Positions 37,577 to 49,794 of a DNA stretch of 64,000 nt are shown here, piece after piece (positions within the stretch are counted from its first letter, which is position 1; each line of letters starts with the position of its first letter). The translations under genes and the position numbers were made by a program. Where the stretch lies: NCBI RefSeq assembly GCF_963921235.1, contig NC_086108.1, positions 30,134,001-30,198,000 of the forward strand, given 5' to 3'. The DNA is from Mobula hypostoma (Eukaryota). A model generated the notes under the pieces. The model had not been told where the DNA came from. It did not search any database and saw only the letters and a list, made by a program, of their open reading frames with translations.

Positions 37577-40500
37577 TGTAGTGTATTCAATATTTCAGTA
37601 ATATCTGAGTAATACTGGAAATATGTTTAATTAAGCATTTTTTGTTTGCATAATTCACTACAGGCTACGTGAATGGCATGTGTCATTATGCCACCACATC
37701 ATATTTGAGCGCTTCACTAAAGGAAAACTGAGTACACCTGTTTCCAGGGCTCCTGTGTTTTTCATTCGATTTGTTTTTGGAGTTACAAAATATAACAGTG
37801 GTGACAATTAAAGTTTTAAAACAAACCTGCAATGAATACTAACGTGTTCACGTGCAGCATATGATTCTTCATAAGGGGAGAGAGATGGTGGAGTTCAAAA
37901 GAAAAGACAGAAAACAGGCAAAGTTAGCAAAGAACGAGTACAGCCACCAGTCCATAAACAGTGAGTGATGACAATAATAAATTTTAAAAAAGCAAAAATG
38001 GCTGGCTATGTAGGAAAGATAGTTCAATTGCACAACAGATACTGTAACTGAATGATGTATATTGAACAAATTGAGCAGCATTTTGAAGCAAATTAAATAG
38101 CCAATGGGAAATGAGCTTTCTGCATTGGGTTTAATGGATTAGTTTGCTTTGAAATTTAGCTGCTCCAATCAAACCAGCTGAAAAATAACTTTGCCTATAT
38201 TGTGAAACTAATGCACGAACATTATAACATTGATCACAGAACACCTTAGGTTCTATAAAGGGAATCAAAACCAAAGGAAGACCATTTCAGCATACATGGC
38301 TAAATTGAAGGGATTGAGCATTGTCAGTTCAATGATGGGCTTAATGAAGAACTGAGAGATCGATTAGTTTCTGCAATCTTACAAGAAAACATTCAAAAGC
38401 AGTTCCCAACTAAAGCACAACTTTGATTTAAAAGAGCAGTTGAAATTGCTGTATCAATAGAAACAGCAGACAGAGACGCAACTGAATTGCAGACAGGAAT
38501 GAAAGTGAATGTGAACAAATCTGTAATGTCTAAACAGAAACCTATCTGGCCAAACAAATCATGTTACTGCTGTGACAGAGGCTCACATGCACCAGACCAA
38601 TGCCAGGTTTAAAGGGAAAACTTGCAAAAAATGCAACAAAGTTGGTCACATACAAAGAGCATGTTGGGTGGTCAAAAGTAAATGGGCTGCACAGGGAGGA
38701 GAAAAGGATAAAAGTCAAGTTGCAGTTTCAAAAAGACCACAAATCTGTATGCTGTTGATGGAAAATCTGATAATGATGCGAGTGACGTAGGACTGAGAAG
38801 CCATGAGATTTATAATGTGAAAACTAAAAAGAGGCAAGCAATATGGCTTACACCAGTAGTGAATGGCAAATTAATTTAAATAGAATTGGACACTGGCTTG
38901 AGTGTTATAGTCATCATACAAATTAATTTGTATAGCACTTTAAAAATACTGAACTGAAGCTTTCAACTAAGAGCTTACACTGGAGAAAAGATAACTCCTT
39001 GTGGGAATGACATCCGTAACAGCGAAATACAACAACTAAAAAGCCACATTGGGATTGTATGTGATAAAAACAGGAGGACCAGCTTTGTGGGGACATGATT
39101 GGCTGAGACAACTACAACTTGATTGGAGATCCATTGAACTACATGCCACATCCCCTGCAACAGAGTCAACTGAAAGTGAATAAAGAATGGGACTGGATGA
39201 TCCCACTGCAATGCTCAAGGATGGCATTAGAAAACTCAAACATATCAATGGTAAAATAGTGTTAAATTGCGATGACACATCCAAGTTTTACAAAGTCCAT
39301 CCATTTCCTTATACCATCTTTGATAAAGTAGCTGGTAAGCTAGATCACTTGGAAGCTAAAGGAATACTTTCCAAGGTTGAGTGGAGCCCATGGGCAACAC
39401 CAGTGGTCCCAGTAACCAAGAAGGATGGGTCTGTCAGGATCTGTAATGATTTTAAGGTCACCATCAACCTAGTACTGAAAGTAGATCAATAGTCTCTGCC
39501 AAGGATAGAGGATCTTTACAAACCTTTCTGAAGGGAAACACTTCAGCAAAGTGGACAGCTGAGGCATACATACAGGTGGAGATTAAAGGAAATTTAAAGT
39601 GTTTTTCACCATAAAATAAGGGCTTTATCACTACAATAGGCTTTTTTTTGGAGTAGCATCTGCAGCTGCACTCTGGCAGAAAGCTAAGTTGCTGAAAGGC
39701 GGTCCATGCATTCAGAATTATCTGGATGGCACCATTGTTACTGATAAAGATGTCAAGGAAAATCTCCAAAATCTCAACACAGTGTTAAAAACATTAGAAC
39801 AATATGGGCTCAGATCATGTCATGACAAGTGTGAAATCTCTAAACCAAGCATCACTTACTTTACACACACCAGTGACGGACAAGGATTACACAAGTGTGT
39901 TGAGAAATTTCATGCACTGGTGGATGCCCCAAAGTCAAAGGGTTTGTAATAGTTCCAATCCAATACTTTTTATGAATTGTCAAGTACTATAACAGGTTCC
40001 TCCAAATCTGGCTACTGTGCTCACCCCTTGAACTCATTACTTCAAATTGTGTAGATATGGCAACTGACAGGGCAGGGTGAGGTGGCTTTCCAAAAGTCAA
40101 AGAAATATTGACATCAAACACCGTGCTCACACATTATGACCCACACCGTTCAGTAAAGCTTGCCTATCACACCTGGCCTTATGGTAGAAATGCAGTCATG
40201 TCACATTATGAGTGATGGAAGTGAACACCTATAGCCTTTGCATTGTTCCCTTACTGCTGCAGAGAAAAAATATACACAGATTGTCAAAGAGGCCATGATT
40301 CAGGTTTTGGGTGTGAAACATTTCAATCTGAACTTGAATGGGAGGGAGATAACCCTCATTACTCTCATGATCATCAAGCACTAGTGCCCACTTTCAATCC
40401 TCTAACGGCAGCAGTACAAATACAGAGATGGGCTATGTTTCTTTGATGACATATTTACAAGATTGAATTCAAGAGGACAAATAATCATGGAAGTGCTGAT

Positions 40501-41543
40501 GGATTATCCCATTTATCTTCGCAAAATTTTCAAAATGGAACACTGCCTTTGACGTATTCTCCCTAATGCAAATTGAAGGTTTCCCTATGACGGCAGAGAT
40601 GATCCACAGGGAAACCAGAAAAGACCCCACACAGTCTCAGGTCTACATGGCCACCCAAGTATGGCTGGAAAGACCCCACAGTCTCAGGTCTACATGGCAA
40701 CCAAATATGGCGGGAATGTGCAGCAAAAATTCCAGTTTCCATATTTTTATCAGTGCTAGGATGAACTTGCCTTTGACGGGGGGGGGGTGCCTATGTAGGC
40801 GTTGGGAGTTTTTGCACCATCCAAGCCAAGATCTAAAGTGTTGGATGCGCTACTTGACAGTCTTCTAGGTATGGTCAAAATGAAAGTATTAGCTCAAAGC
40901 TTTGAGTGGTTGCCTGGAATAGGTCAGCAGATCAAGCAGCTTGCCGTGCACTGTTTGGGATGCCAACAGAGGAAAGGTGATCTGAGCTGTCAGAACCACT
41001 CGTGCAGTCCCAGAGTCAACCCCTACAACCGCCATGGAGCAGGCCTCAGAACCTGGGATTGCTTCATTACCACCAGTCTCACCTGCCAAGCAGAGTGAAC
41101 CCCCACCCCCACCCCTCCCCCAGAAAGACATAGCCCCTCAAGAGTAAGAAATCCTCCACAGCAATTAAATCCTTATGCCTGAATGCAACAATTCAAAATC
41201 TACTATGTTGTGAATGCCTATATAGCAGTTGTATTATAAAGTATACTGTGTATGTATATGTATGTGTGTGTAATGTATATGACTAGAGAGCAATACATTA
41301 CATATTTGAGTTGAGAAGCATTCTATATTGAATTAGAGTTTATAGCTAAGGAAGGAGGAATGTAGTGTATTCAATATTTCAGTAATATTTGAGTAATATT
41401 GTAAATATTGTTCGATTAACCTTTCTTTGTCTACATAATTCATTACAGGTTATATGTAAGAAGTATATGAATGGCATACGTCATTACACCACCACGTCAT
41501 ATGTGAGCGCCTTACCGGAGGATAACTATGTACACCAGGTCTG
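37577..41543 (+). mobile_element. Degenerate Gypsy element (possibly Mag-like) with short LTRs; integrase core largely deleted; 3' LTR interrupted by the ERV
   Basis: 5' LTR 37577-37797 (TGTAG...AACA) followed by a TGG PBS-like start. PPT AAGGAAGGAGGAA at 41348-41360 and 3' LTR from 41361 with the same start. Gag knuckle CKKCNKVGHIQRAC, protease ELDTG (~38883-38897), RT WATPVVPVTKKDGSVRIC and YLDG. Confidence 0.88.
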
Positions 41544-42149
41544 TGTCGTACTGGACCGACCGATGCAAAGACAAAGTACCACAAAAACACTAACACACAT
41601 AATTCTTTTTCAAACCTTTATTCTTTACTCATAGCATGCTGTGGGGGAAGTTGCAGACTGATCTCCCAAAAGAGCCAGTCCAGACACTGCCCCCGAATTA
41701 CACAGTTCTCCACAATTTATAACATTGATCAGGTAGCAGGAAATCTTACAATTACAAGTTTAGACAATATTAGAATCATTTCAATCACATGCTAAGATAC
41801 AATTAGATGTCAAATAATCTTTGGTTAGTTATTTATAATTATTTTAAGCCAAAGCTAGCCCATCAGTTCCTCATTCGGACCCTTCCCCTTTTCTCCAGAA
41901 CATTGCAGCCCTTACACTATTCTTCCCATATTTAGCTATACCTTGGGCTGCTTCTACAAGATCAGAGAGTTCCTTATTTGAGCCTTTGCCTGTCTTTAGA
42001 GAACAATGACTAGTATGTCACTGGTTGCTGGATAAAACTTCTTTTTGCCTGTCCAAAACAGTAAGCTAAGGTGCCCACAAGGTGATTGATCATTAGTTAA
42101 TCATTGTTCTTAATCTATACCCCTATTTACCTACCCCTTCACTGCATCA
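41544..42149 (-). repeat. ERV 3' LTR (606 bp)
   Basis: Minus strand reads TGATGCAG...ACGACA, preceded by PPT AAAAGGGGGGAA (42150-42161). Minus-strand AATAAA at 41617-41622. Aligns to 49795-50289. Confidence 0.92.
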
Positions 42150-42180
42150 TTCCCCCCTTTTATCATACCATGATAACCAT

Positions 42181-43505
42181 TCAAATGGGGGTTGAGAAGG
42201 GCATCATCAGTTTTTCCGTGAAAAGTCGGCAGCCAGCATTTAGGCAGGTCATTATCACACAGCAAGCAATAATTATAACAATGAGAATAATCAGCCCTTG
42301 CAGTAAATAAGACTCCCATGATCCTCCCTGCAACCATCCTAGCCAGCCATCCCGCTTCTCTGAACCTTGCCTGAAATGATCCAATTGTTTCTTAATAGAC
42401 TGAATGGCATGGGCCACGTTGTATGATTCATCAGTAACATGGGTGATACATTTGTCTCTGACTATGGCACATACCCCTCCCTGTTGGGCCATCTGATAAT
42501 CCACAGCATACCTGGTCTGCTGTGCATAGAGTCGCAACTCCACCAATTCTCTGTTAACAGTCTCCAGACCTTCCATCGTACTGTTTCCCACTGCTGCCAG
42601 CCCAGAAATTAGGTAGTTGCGGTTCTTCACAGCTATGGTTCCTACCAGACCCCCTAGAGAGAGAGTGCTCAGAAACCCATAGCCCAGAGTAACAGGATTC
42701 CTCCAGTCAGCACAGAATTCCTTACTCACGGCTCGAGCTGTCAGTCGCCATCAAACGTGGGCAATCTGAGGGCAGGAAACAGAAAGTGGTCCAGTCGTCA
42801 GCAAGGAGGTGAGGCGGAGTGGTGGTAGCTGTAGTATAGGTACCATTGAACAATAACACATATCCGGTCTTGGCCTGGTAACAGGTATTTTTGTAACTTA
42901 CTATTTTATCATACCATAAGTGCTCCTGTGGATACAGGGAGGAGTATTCAAAGGTCCCTGAACCTGCCAACACACGAGTTCCATTGCAATATCCACATAC
43001 ATGCTGAATTCCCTTAAAGAGGGGCACGCATTGTTCATGGATACATTCCCAAGAGAATATTCCCTGATTTATCCTACATTGGCAGTCCGGACAATGTTTC
43101 TTCAGGCAAGGTATCTTCGGGGGAGCCCTGACAAGGACGCACCCCCCCCTCCTGCAAAACAGAAGGGATAATCTCCGATGCACTCACCAGTAGTCTCACC
43201 ACCCACTTTCTCAAGGCACTTTCCCATAACCCCCCTTTTAAACTTTCCTCTTATCCCCTTACATTCTGCTCCCGATCTATCCTCCACTATTAAGTCATGT
43301 TCCACCCAATTTAGCCCTGATGGGTCAGCACAAACAATGCTTCTACAGATTGTACCAAAGGATAACATGCAGTAGGGTTACCATGCAGATGCATATGAGT
43401 CTTATAAAATAAATTGTCCTCCATGCTTAATACCATGGGGGCAATTATAACAATGAAAAGTCCAATAATAGTCTTTAGTCCACCTGCGGAGCCCATTGTT
43501 TGCAA
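42181..43505 (-). pseudogene. env: ERV env, frameshifted (signal peptide, Cys-rich SU, open TM frame)
   Basis: Hydrophobic leader IIGLFIVIIAPMVLS. TM ORF 42181-42729 has a heptad region, QQTRYAVDYQMAQQGGVCAIVRDKC and membrane anchor LLQGLIILIVIIIACCVIM. Confidence 0.88.
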
Positions 43506-43886
43506 TCACTTAGGTGGATCCAGCGGCTGTGCCCTTAAACCTTAACAGCCGTTGGGGTTTGCAGTAGTACTTGGAATGGCCCTTTGCACCAAGGTCCAAG
43601 CTTGGAGCACTCCCAATCCCTGATCAGTACCGAATCTCCAATTTTCAAATCCGGCCACTCCATTCCCTGACCTCCAGGCTCCTTAAGGGTATTCTGTACC
43701 TGGGAGTGAAGAAACTTTAGAGAAGATGTTGGTTGGCGAAAGTACTTCTGCAATTCGTCCCCCATGATATTTAGATCAATTTGAGTGGGAGGATGCATGT
43801 CAGCGTCCCATGGGGTCCTTCCTGGATGCCCATAAACAATTCAGCTGCAGATACCCCTGTAGTGGAGCGCGGGTTAATTCTCATAT

Positions 43887-45288
43887 TGTCACAATGTGGT
43901 GCTGGCAACGGACCCAAATGCGAGACACAGACACTGAAGTACAAGGAACAGGACTTGACCAGAGTAGGGACGTGACAGGATTCAGACCAGGAGCAGGAAC
44001 AAGAACGCAGACGTGGGCTAGGGAAAGAGGGACCAGAACAAGAAACCATGGACTAGGAGACAAGGCTTGGACTCCGAGCCCGAGACTGGACAAGGACCCA
44101 GAACCCAGAACTTGCCTCGGGCTCGGACCCCAGAACCAGGCAAGGACATGACATGGCTTCAGGACAGGATGTGGCTGGGGTCTAGAGGCCTGAGCTTGGA
44201 GACAGGCTGGGGTCTTTGCTCTTGAGGCTTGAGGCTGGGTTCTTGGGTTGTGAGCTTGGCTGCAGGCTGGGGAATTCAGGCTTGGGTTCCTGGGGCTTGA
44301 ACTTGGGTTCTTGGAGCTTGAGCTTGGCTGCCGGCTGGGGTCTGGGATCTCGAGCTTGGCTGTCGGCTGGCGTCTGGGATCCTGAGCTTGGCTGCCGGCT
44401 GGCGTCTGGGATCTTGAGCTTGGCTGCCGGCTGGGGTCTGGGATCTTGAGCTTGGCTGCCGGCTGGGGTCTGGGATCTTGAGCTTGGCTGCTGGCTGGGG
44501 TCTGGGATCTTGAGCTTGCAGAGGCTGATAACTCGGAGGCTGGAACTCAGAGACAGACTGGGAACTGTATATTAACATAGAGCCGGGACTTATACTTAGA
44601 CAAGCCAGGATTCAACTTCACACCAAGGTGGGACAGGACCATCCATCAGGCAACAGCAGAACAGCTGGATTTACCCCACGGAGGCAAGGACAAGACAAGA
44701 CACCCTGCAGAGCAACAGCAGAACAGCCTGACTTACCCCACGGAGGGGAGGACAAGACAAGACAGATCATCCCGCAGGGCAACGGCGAAACGGCCTGGCT
44801 TGCCCCATGGAGGTGAGGATAAGAAGAGACAACACCAAGAAACAACAGACAGTTCCATCTCTGCTCTGGGGTAGCTCCAAGTCTCAGTTCAGCTTGCAAC
44901 CTCAGCTGGCTATGGAAACAGCCGGATCCCTACCTAGCTCAGAGTAGCCAGCAGCCACTCAGCTGGCCCAGTAAACAGCTGAATCCATACCTCAAAGACA
45001 GCTCCGACTACTGACAGCCAGGCTCCATGGGGGGATGGTTCCCCAATGCAGCCTAAAGATGGCAATTGGCTGGTCTAGCCTTTAACCGGCAGGTTGCTCC
45101 CAGGGAACCTTGACAAAACAAACCAGCAGCCCACACTCAACCCCAAGGCTACTTATATTCCAAGCTCCAAGATGGGAATCAGGTGCCTATGATTAACTCA
45201 AACAAGGGACAGCTGGAAGACCTGTAGTCCTGAGTCCACGGATCGGACCGTGAACCGGAATGCGGACTTCACAGACCGGACCATGACA
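43887..45288. mobile_element. Solo LTR, copy 2, inserted in the ERV integrase
   Basis: TGTCA...TGACA termini with a 5-bp TSD CATAT (43882-43886, 45289-45293). Homologous to 5251-6407. Confidence 0.92.
44315..44520. repeat. ~31-bp tandem array inside solo LTR copy 2
   Basis: About six units of (tt)gagcttggctgccggctggggtctgggatc. Confidence 0.9.
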
Positions 45289-47410
45289 CATATGGTATAA
45301 AGCCAGCAAAAGGACCTTCAGCCAACTCAGTCTGGATTCGGACATTAACTTAGACAACTTGTTTTTCAGTGTGCCGTTGGCCCGTTCCACTATTCTTGCA
45401 GCCTTCATTCGGGTGGTAGGCGCAATGAAACTGCTGTTCGATGTGCAGCACCTCACATAACTCTTTATTTATATTTCCTACAAAGTGAGGGCCATTATCC
45501 AAACTTATTTCTCTGGGCACTCCGAATCTTGGGGTAATCTCTGAAGGTAACAACCTTATCACCGTAGAAGCTTTATTATTGGTGGTCGGAAAGGCTTCAA
45601 TCCATTTACTGAACACATCTACAATCACTAAACAAAGCTTATAACAGTGTACGCACGGTAGTTCGATAAAATCAAGTTGAATACATTCAAACGGGCCACT
45701 TGGCAAGGGTGTTTTCCCTGGGGCACACTTTACTCCCTTTCTTGCGTTTGTCTTTTGGCAAATCAAACAGGCTTGTATTGTTGCTGCAGCAGCCTCCTCC
45801 AGCCTGGGGTGCCACCATGTACGGGGCAAAATATTACTCATTCCCCCCTTGCCAAGGTGGGTGTCGGTATGCAAGCAATCAAGCAACATAGGCAGCAATG
45901 CATCAGGAATACAAACTTGGCCAACTGGGGTATGCCAGAGGCCTGTGGACACCAAATGTGCACATCCGTGTGTCTTCCAAAGTTGTTTTTCTGAATCAGG
46001 GGCGTCCCCCTGGAGTTTTTGAACTGTAGCTCTGTCTGGAGTTCCGGCGCTCGTGGTGTTTTGGTCAGGGTGAAGGCCAATCGCTCTGCAGTTAAAACCA
46101 TAGCGGTTGCCTCCTGCGCAGCCTGTTTGGCTGCCAAATCGGCTCTGTTATTTCCTTTAGTCACTGCAGATTCGTCTTTTAGATGAGCCGAACATTTAAT
46201 GATGGCTAATTTCTTAGGGAGGAGTATGGCCTGAAGGAGGTTCCTTACATACATGGCATTCTGGATGGGGGTCCCGGAGGAGATGGGGAAATGGTTCCGT
46301 AGCAGACAGTCATGAGTCAACTCAGCAGGTGCCATCTCTAAAAATGTAGCAGGGTTGATAGTATCACAGTATGCAAAGGTGAGGAGTGGGTTATTAAGTA
46401 ATGCTATTTCATAACGGCTTAGTCTGGCCTGAGTCAGGTGTTGGGTTTGGTGGGTGGTCAGCAGCGCTACAATGGTGTGCGACGAATACACTGTAACTGG
46501 CTGTTGGAGGGTGATGTTGGAAGCAGCCGTAACTAGGGAGTAAATGGCCGGGAGCATCTGCGAACGGGGAGGGTGGGGGTAATCCCTGCGCTACGGGGTC
46601 TAACTTAGTGGAATAATAGGCAACAGACCTGCGTCTATCCCCGTGAGTCTGAGTGAGCACTGTAGTGGCGCAATCATCTAAAACATTCACAAAAAGCTGG
46701 AATGGACGAGAGCAGGTGCCATCGAGAGGGATTTCTTCAATTCCTCGTAAGCCTCTCTCTGTTGCTCAGTTAGCTCTAGGGGCCCCGTAAGCGAACTGGA
46801 AGCCAGAGGGCTCAAATGTTTTGTATACAGAGCAACATTGGGAATCCACGGTCTGCAAAGGTTTACCAGACCAAGGAAAGCACGCATGGCTTTCGGCGTA
46901 GTTGGCGGGGGGGGGGGGGGAGGGTCGCAAGGGTGGGGTTCACTTTTTCTGGGGTGAGCTGCCTTTCGATTGCACTCAAAAGGATTCCCAGAAATCTCAC
47001 TTGCCTTTGAGCCCTCTTTACTTTTTGGGGCGGGATCACGTATCCCCATGAATGCAGAGCATTCAGAAGCGTATTGGTGTCCTGCATGTTTGAGGTTTCT
47101 GACGGGCTTGCCAGGAGGAGGACATGTACGTACTGTATTACCGTAGAGCCCCTGGGAAATCGTAAATCACTAAGCTGCCTATGCAATATCTGCGAGAACA
47201 TGGTGGGAGAATGCACGAACCCTTGGAGTAACGTAGTCCAAGTGTACTGCTGGTATTGAAAGGTAAATGCAAAAAGGTACTGCGACTCAGGAGCAAGGGG
47301 ACTTGCAAAAAAACCGCATGCTGCAGATCTACGATAGTAAAAATTTAGGAGTCTGGTGGAATGTTGCTTAAAATCGTAGCGGGATTAGGGACCACCGGAT
47401 GTATAGGCTG

Positions 47411-48872
47411 CACAATTTCATGCTTTACTGTGGTTGGCTTGGAATCCCTGCTGTGACTCCAAAAATGCTCAGCTGCCGTTTTCATGGCCTGCTTCTTCCT
47501 GTCGGGCCAGTTCATATAAATTCTAATAGCCTTGGACACATCCCCGGGGAGACACTGCAATATCATCGAATTAAACTGGGGCGAAGTATTGCCGGCATTA
47601 TAAGCGGCATCTCCAGCGTAGGTTGCACAAAGGGAGCAGAAGCGTTCCCAAAACTCGCAGCCGTCCTCTCCCGCCTTTGGGCGGCATTCCAGGACCTTAG
47701 CGATGTCTACGGGGCGCTGCAAAGCCTTCTTTATTTTGTCCACCTGTTCTGCGGACGGGGTTGCGGTGGAAAAGGACTCCCAATTGGCATGATCCCCTAC
47801 AGCTTCTTTCCATTTCTCCTGGTCACTGGTCGTAAGAGCCATGCAGCACAAGCTAAAAAGGTCCTGGGGAGTCGCCTGAAACATTTGGATTGTACCAACC
47901 ATATAATCGATAAATCCCTCGGGATCATTTTTCCTGTTCGGGGCCTGATTCATGATCATACACATTTCTTGGGGCTTCCAAGGTGTATAAACCTGCATAG
48001 TAGCCGCCTGGTTCAGCTGTCCTACCCTAGGGTTGGGACGGCCCTGTTGGGAAATTGCCCCGGGATCCCTCTCCCTCTGGGTCTCGAGTCTTCGGAATCA
48101 TCATTTTCAATACCAGAGTCATAATCAGTATCCGTCTCAGGGTCTGTCGGGGGCCATCTCCCACCAAAAGGTTTCGTCGCCTCCTAGTCTGGCGCCTATT
48201 ACTCCCCCGTCGCCGAAGTTGTCCCCTGGTTCGGGAGGCTTTGGGCTTGGGGACAGTGTATTCGGAGGTACCTGGGGTTGGGCAGCAGTAACGTTATATG
48301 GGGGTGGCGGCGCCGTGGGTTGGGGTCGAATGCGGACGACGGGAATGTGCCATACCTCCTCCTCCTCCTCAGTCTCATTTTCATTAAAGAGCATGGGCAG
48401 TCCGGACAGGTCAAGAGGTACGGCTTCATCATCATCCTTCCGTCTATCCTTAGCCCGCCTATCTCTTTTCCCCCTATCCTGCTTTTCCTTATTCTTATCG
48501 TGATCCTCACACAGTCCTTTTAATATCTCCCACGGTTTCGAATTTCCTGCATTGTCACATAGACTAATCCCTCTGCGACGTGCTCCCAACTACCTTGCTT
48601 AGATCTGTCATTTTAATACTTCGGCCGTTTTTCTCCAATTGGACATTAAAACCTTCCATTTTTGTCTAGTGTTACGCTTCCAAATTGCTTCTTCTACCTT
48701 TAGACATTTATCCAAATCCCAGGTCCCACCCAGAGGCCAAATTTCACTCCCCAGTTTCTTATTTAGGCATGCTGATAACCTTCGGTAATCAGTCTCTCTC
48801 TCTGAGTCATCTTTACATAGTTTAAACAATGGTGGGTGTGTTATTTACAGACTTATCTAATGGTTGTCCCGT
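47411..48872 (-). pseudogene. gag: ERV gag remnant (MA-like, Pro-rich late region, CA), with stops and frameshifts
   Basis: WPLGGTWDL (48608-48829), PTAPPPPY (48296-48319) and CA-like VYTPWKPQE...PQDL (47345-47998). Confidence 0.82.
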
Positions 48873-49431
48873 ACTTCCTAATCGGGTGGGTCAACCGCCT
48901 CCTTTTCTCACTCCCACTTAAGGGTCCTGACCTTCGCATGGGGGATTTCCCCTCTTAACAACCGGTCTAAGGCTGGGTGCTGATACTCCAGAGTGCGGCT
49001 TTACCACTTCATAATCTATCACGCCTACTCCCCGTTAATCTTGTGCGGTGTCTCTCTGCGCCCACCTCAAGGTCCTGACCTTCGCGTGGGGGATTTCCCC
49101 TTTTAACAACCGGTCTAAGGCAGGGTGCACAGACAGGCGAATTGTCACAGGTATACCCCAGAACGTATTTACAGCATCCGGATAGATTGCAGAGGAAAGC
49201 CACTTCCCCTGTGTTTGGCCAAACGTCTGCTCTGCCCTATGTTGATCAATTTACTGCGCTACACGCCCCGGCACCCCCACGCCAATTAGAATGGTTACCA
49301 GCTCCAAAATGTAATAGGTTACCGCCACTAACCCGCTGACCAATTTGCTGTAACACACTCAAAGAAAATGTAATAGATCACTACCAATGATCCACTGCCC
49401 AATTTGTTAGCACCGGCAGGCTTTAATATTC

Positions 49432-49570
49432 TCAATACTTCGTCGGGGACTCTAACCCCTTACCTTACCTTATACTCGTCGGGGACTCTAACCCCTTACC
49501 TTACCTTATACCTGGTCGGGAACTCTAACCCCTTACCTTACCTTACACCACGTCGGGGACTCTAATCCCT
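49432..49570. repeat. ~36-bp tandem repeat (about 4 units) in the ERV leader
   Basis: Repeated cgtcggggactctaaccccttaccttaccttatact. Confidence 0.9.
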
Positions 49571-49773
49571 CTTTTAACCTGTGGTACTCGGACGATCCTC
49601 AACTCAGGTTGCGAAAGGAGTACGTCAGAGGATTACCCGCCAGACGAGGGGATCGTCAAGGTGGGCAATTAATGAGAGAGGTCAAGATAACTCTTACCTT
49701 TTGGGCCCACCTGTCTCAGGTCACCGCCACCGAGTCGACCATTGACACCGTCTCACAAGACCCTCGTCTTGGA

Positions 49774-49791
49774 CTCCTGGTTGGCTCGCCA
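49774..49791 (-). other. Primer-binding site for tRNA-Arg(ACG)
   Basis: Minus strand TGGCGAGCCAACCAGGAG lies 3 nt from the LTR end. It matches the recalled vertebrate tRNA-Arg(ACG) 3' end CTCCTGGCTGGCTCG-CCA with one mismatch. Confidence 0.85.
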
Positions 49792-49794
49792 AAT

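Larger units (their letters stand above)
43520..47410 (-). pseudogene. pol: ERV pol remnant (partial RT, partial RNase H, integrase), split by a solo LTR
   Basis: HPVVPNP, SPTMF, QYVHVLLLAS (YVDD mutated), RAFLGLVNLCRPWIP, AIIKCSAH...GNNRAD. Integrase H-H-C-C, LDFIEL, LDNGPHF, VERANGTLK and C-terminal KGPFQVLLQTPTAVKV. Confidence 0.92.

Noticed and set aside
42181..42729. Domesticated syncytin-like env gene
   Set aside because: The upstream SU region is frameshifted and the provirus is generally decayed. Only the TM frame is open.
5251..45288. One giant element bounded by the two matching LTRs
   Set aside because: Each LTR has its own distinct 5-bp TSD, so they are independent solo LTRs.
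47399..48124. 241-aa plus-strand ORF as an antisense viral protein
   Set aside because: It is the antisense shadow of gag in GC-rich sequence, with no independent motif.
49432..49570. 36-bp repeats resembling a CRISPR or telomeric array
   Set aside because: Head-to-tail units without spacers, inside the ERV leader.
49772..49791. tRNA gene
   Set aside because: Only the 3'-terminal ~20 nt including CCA are present, next to an LTR, so this is a PBS.
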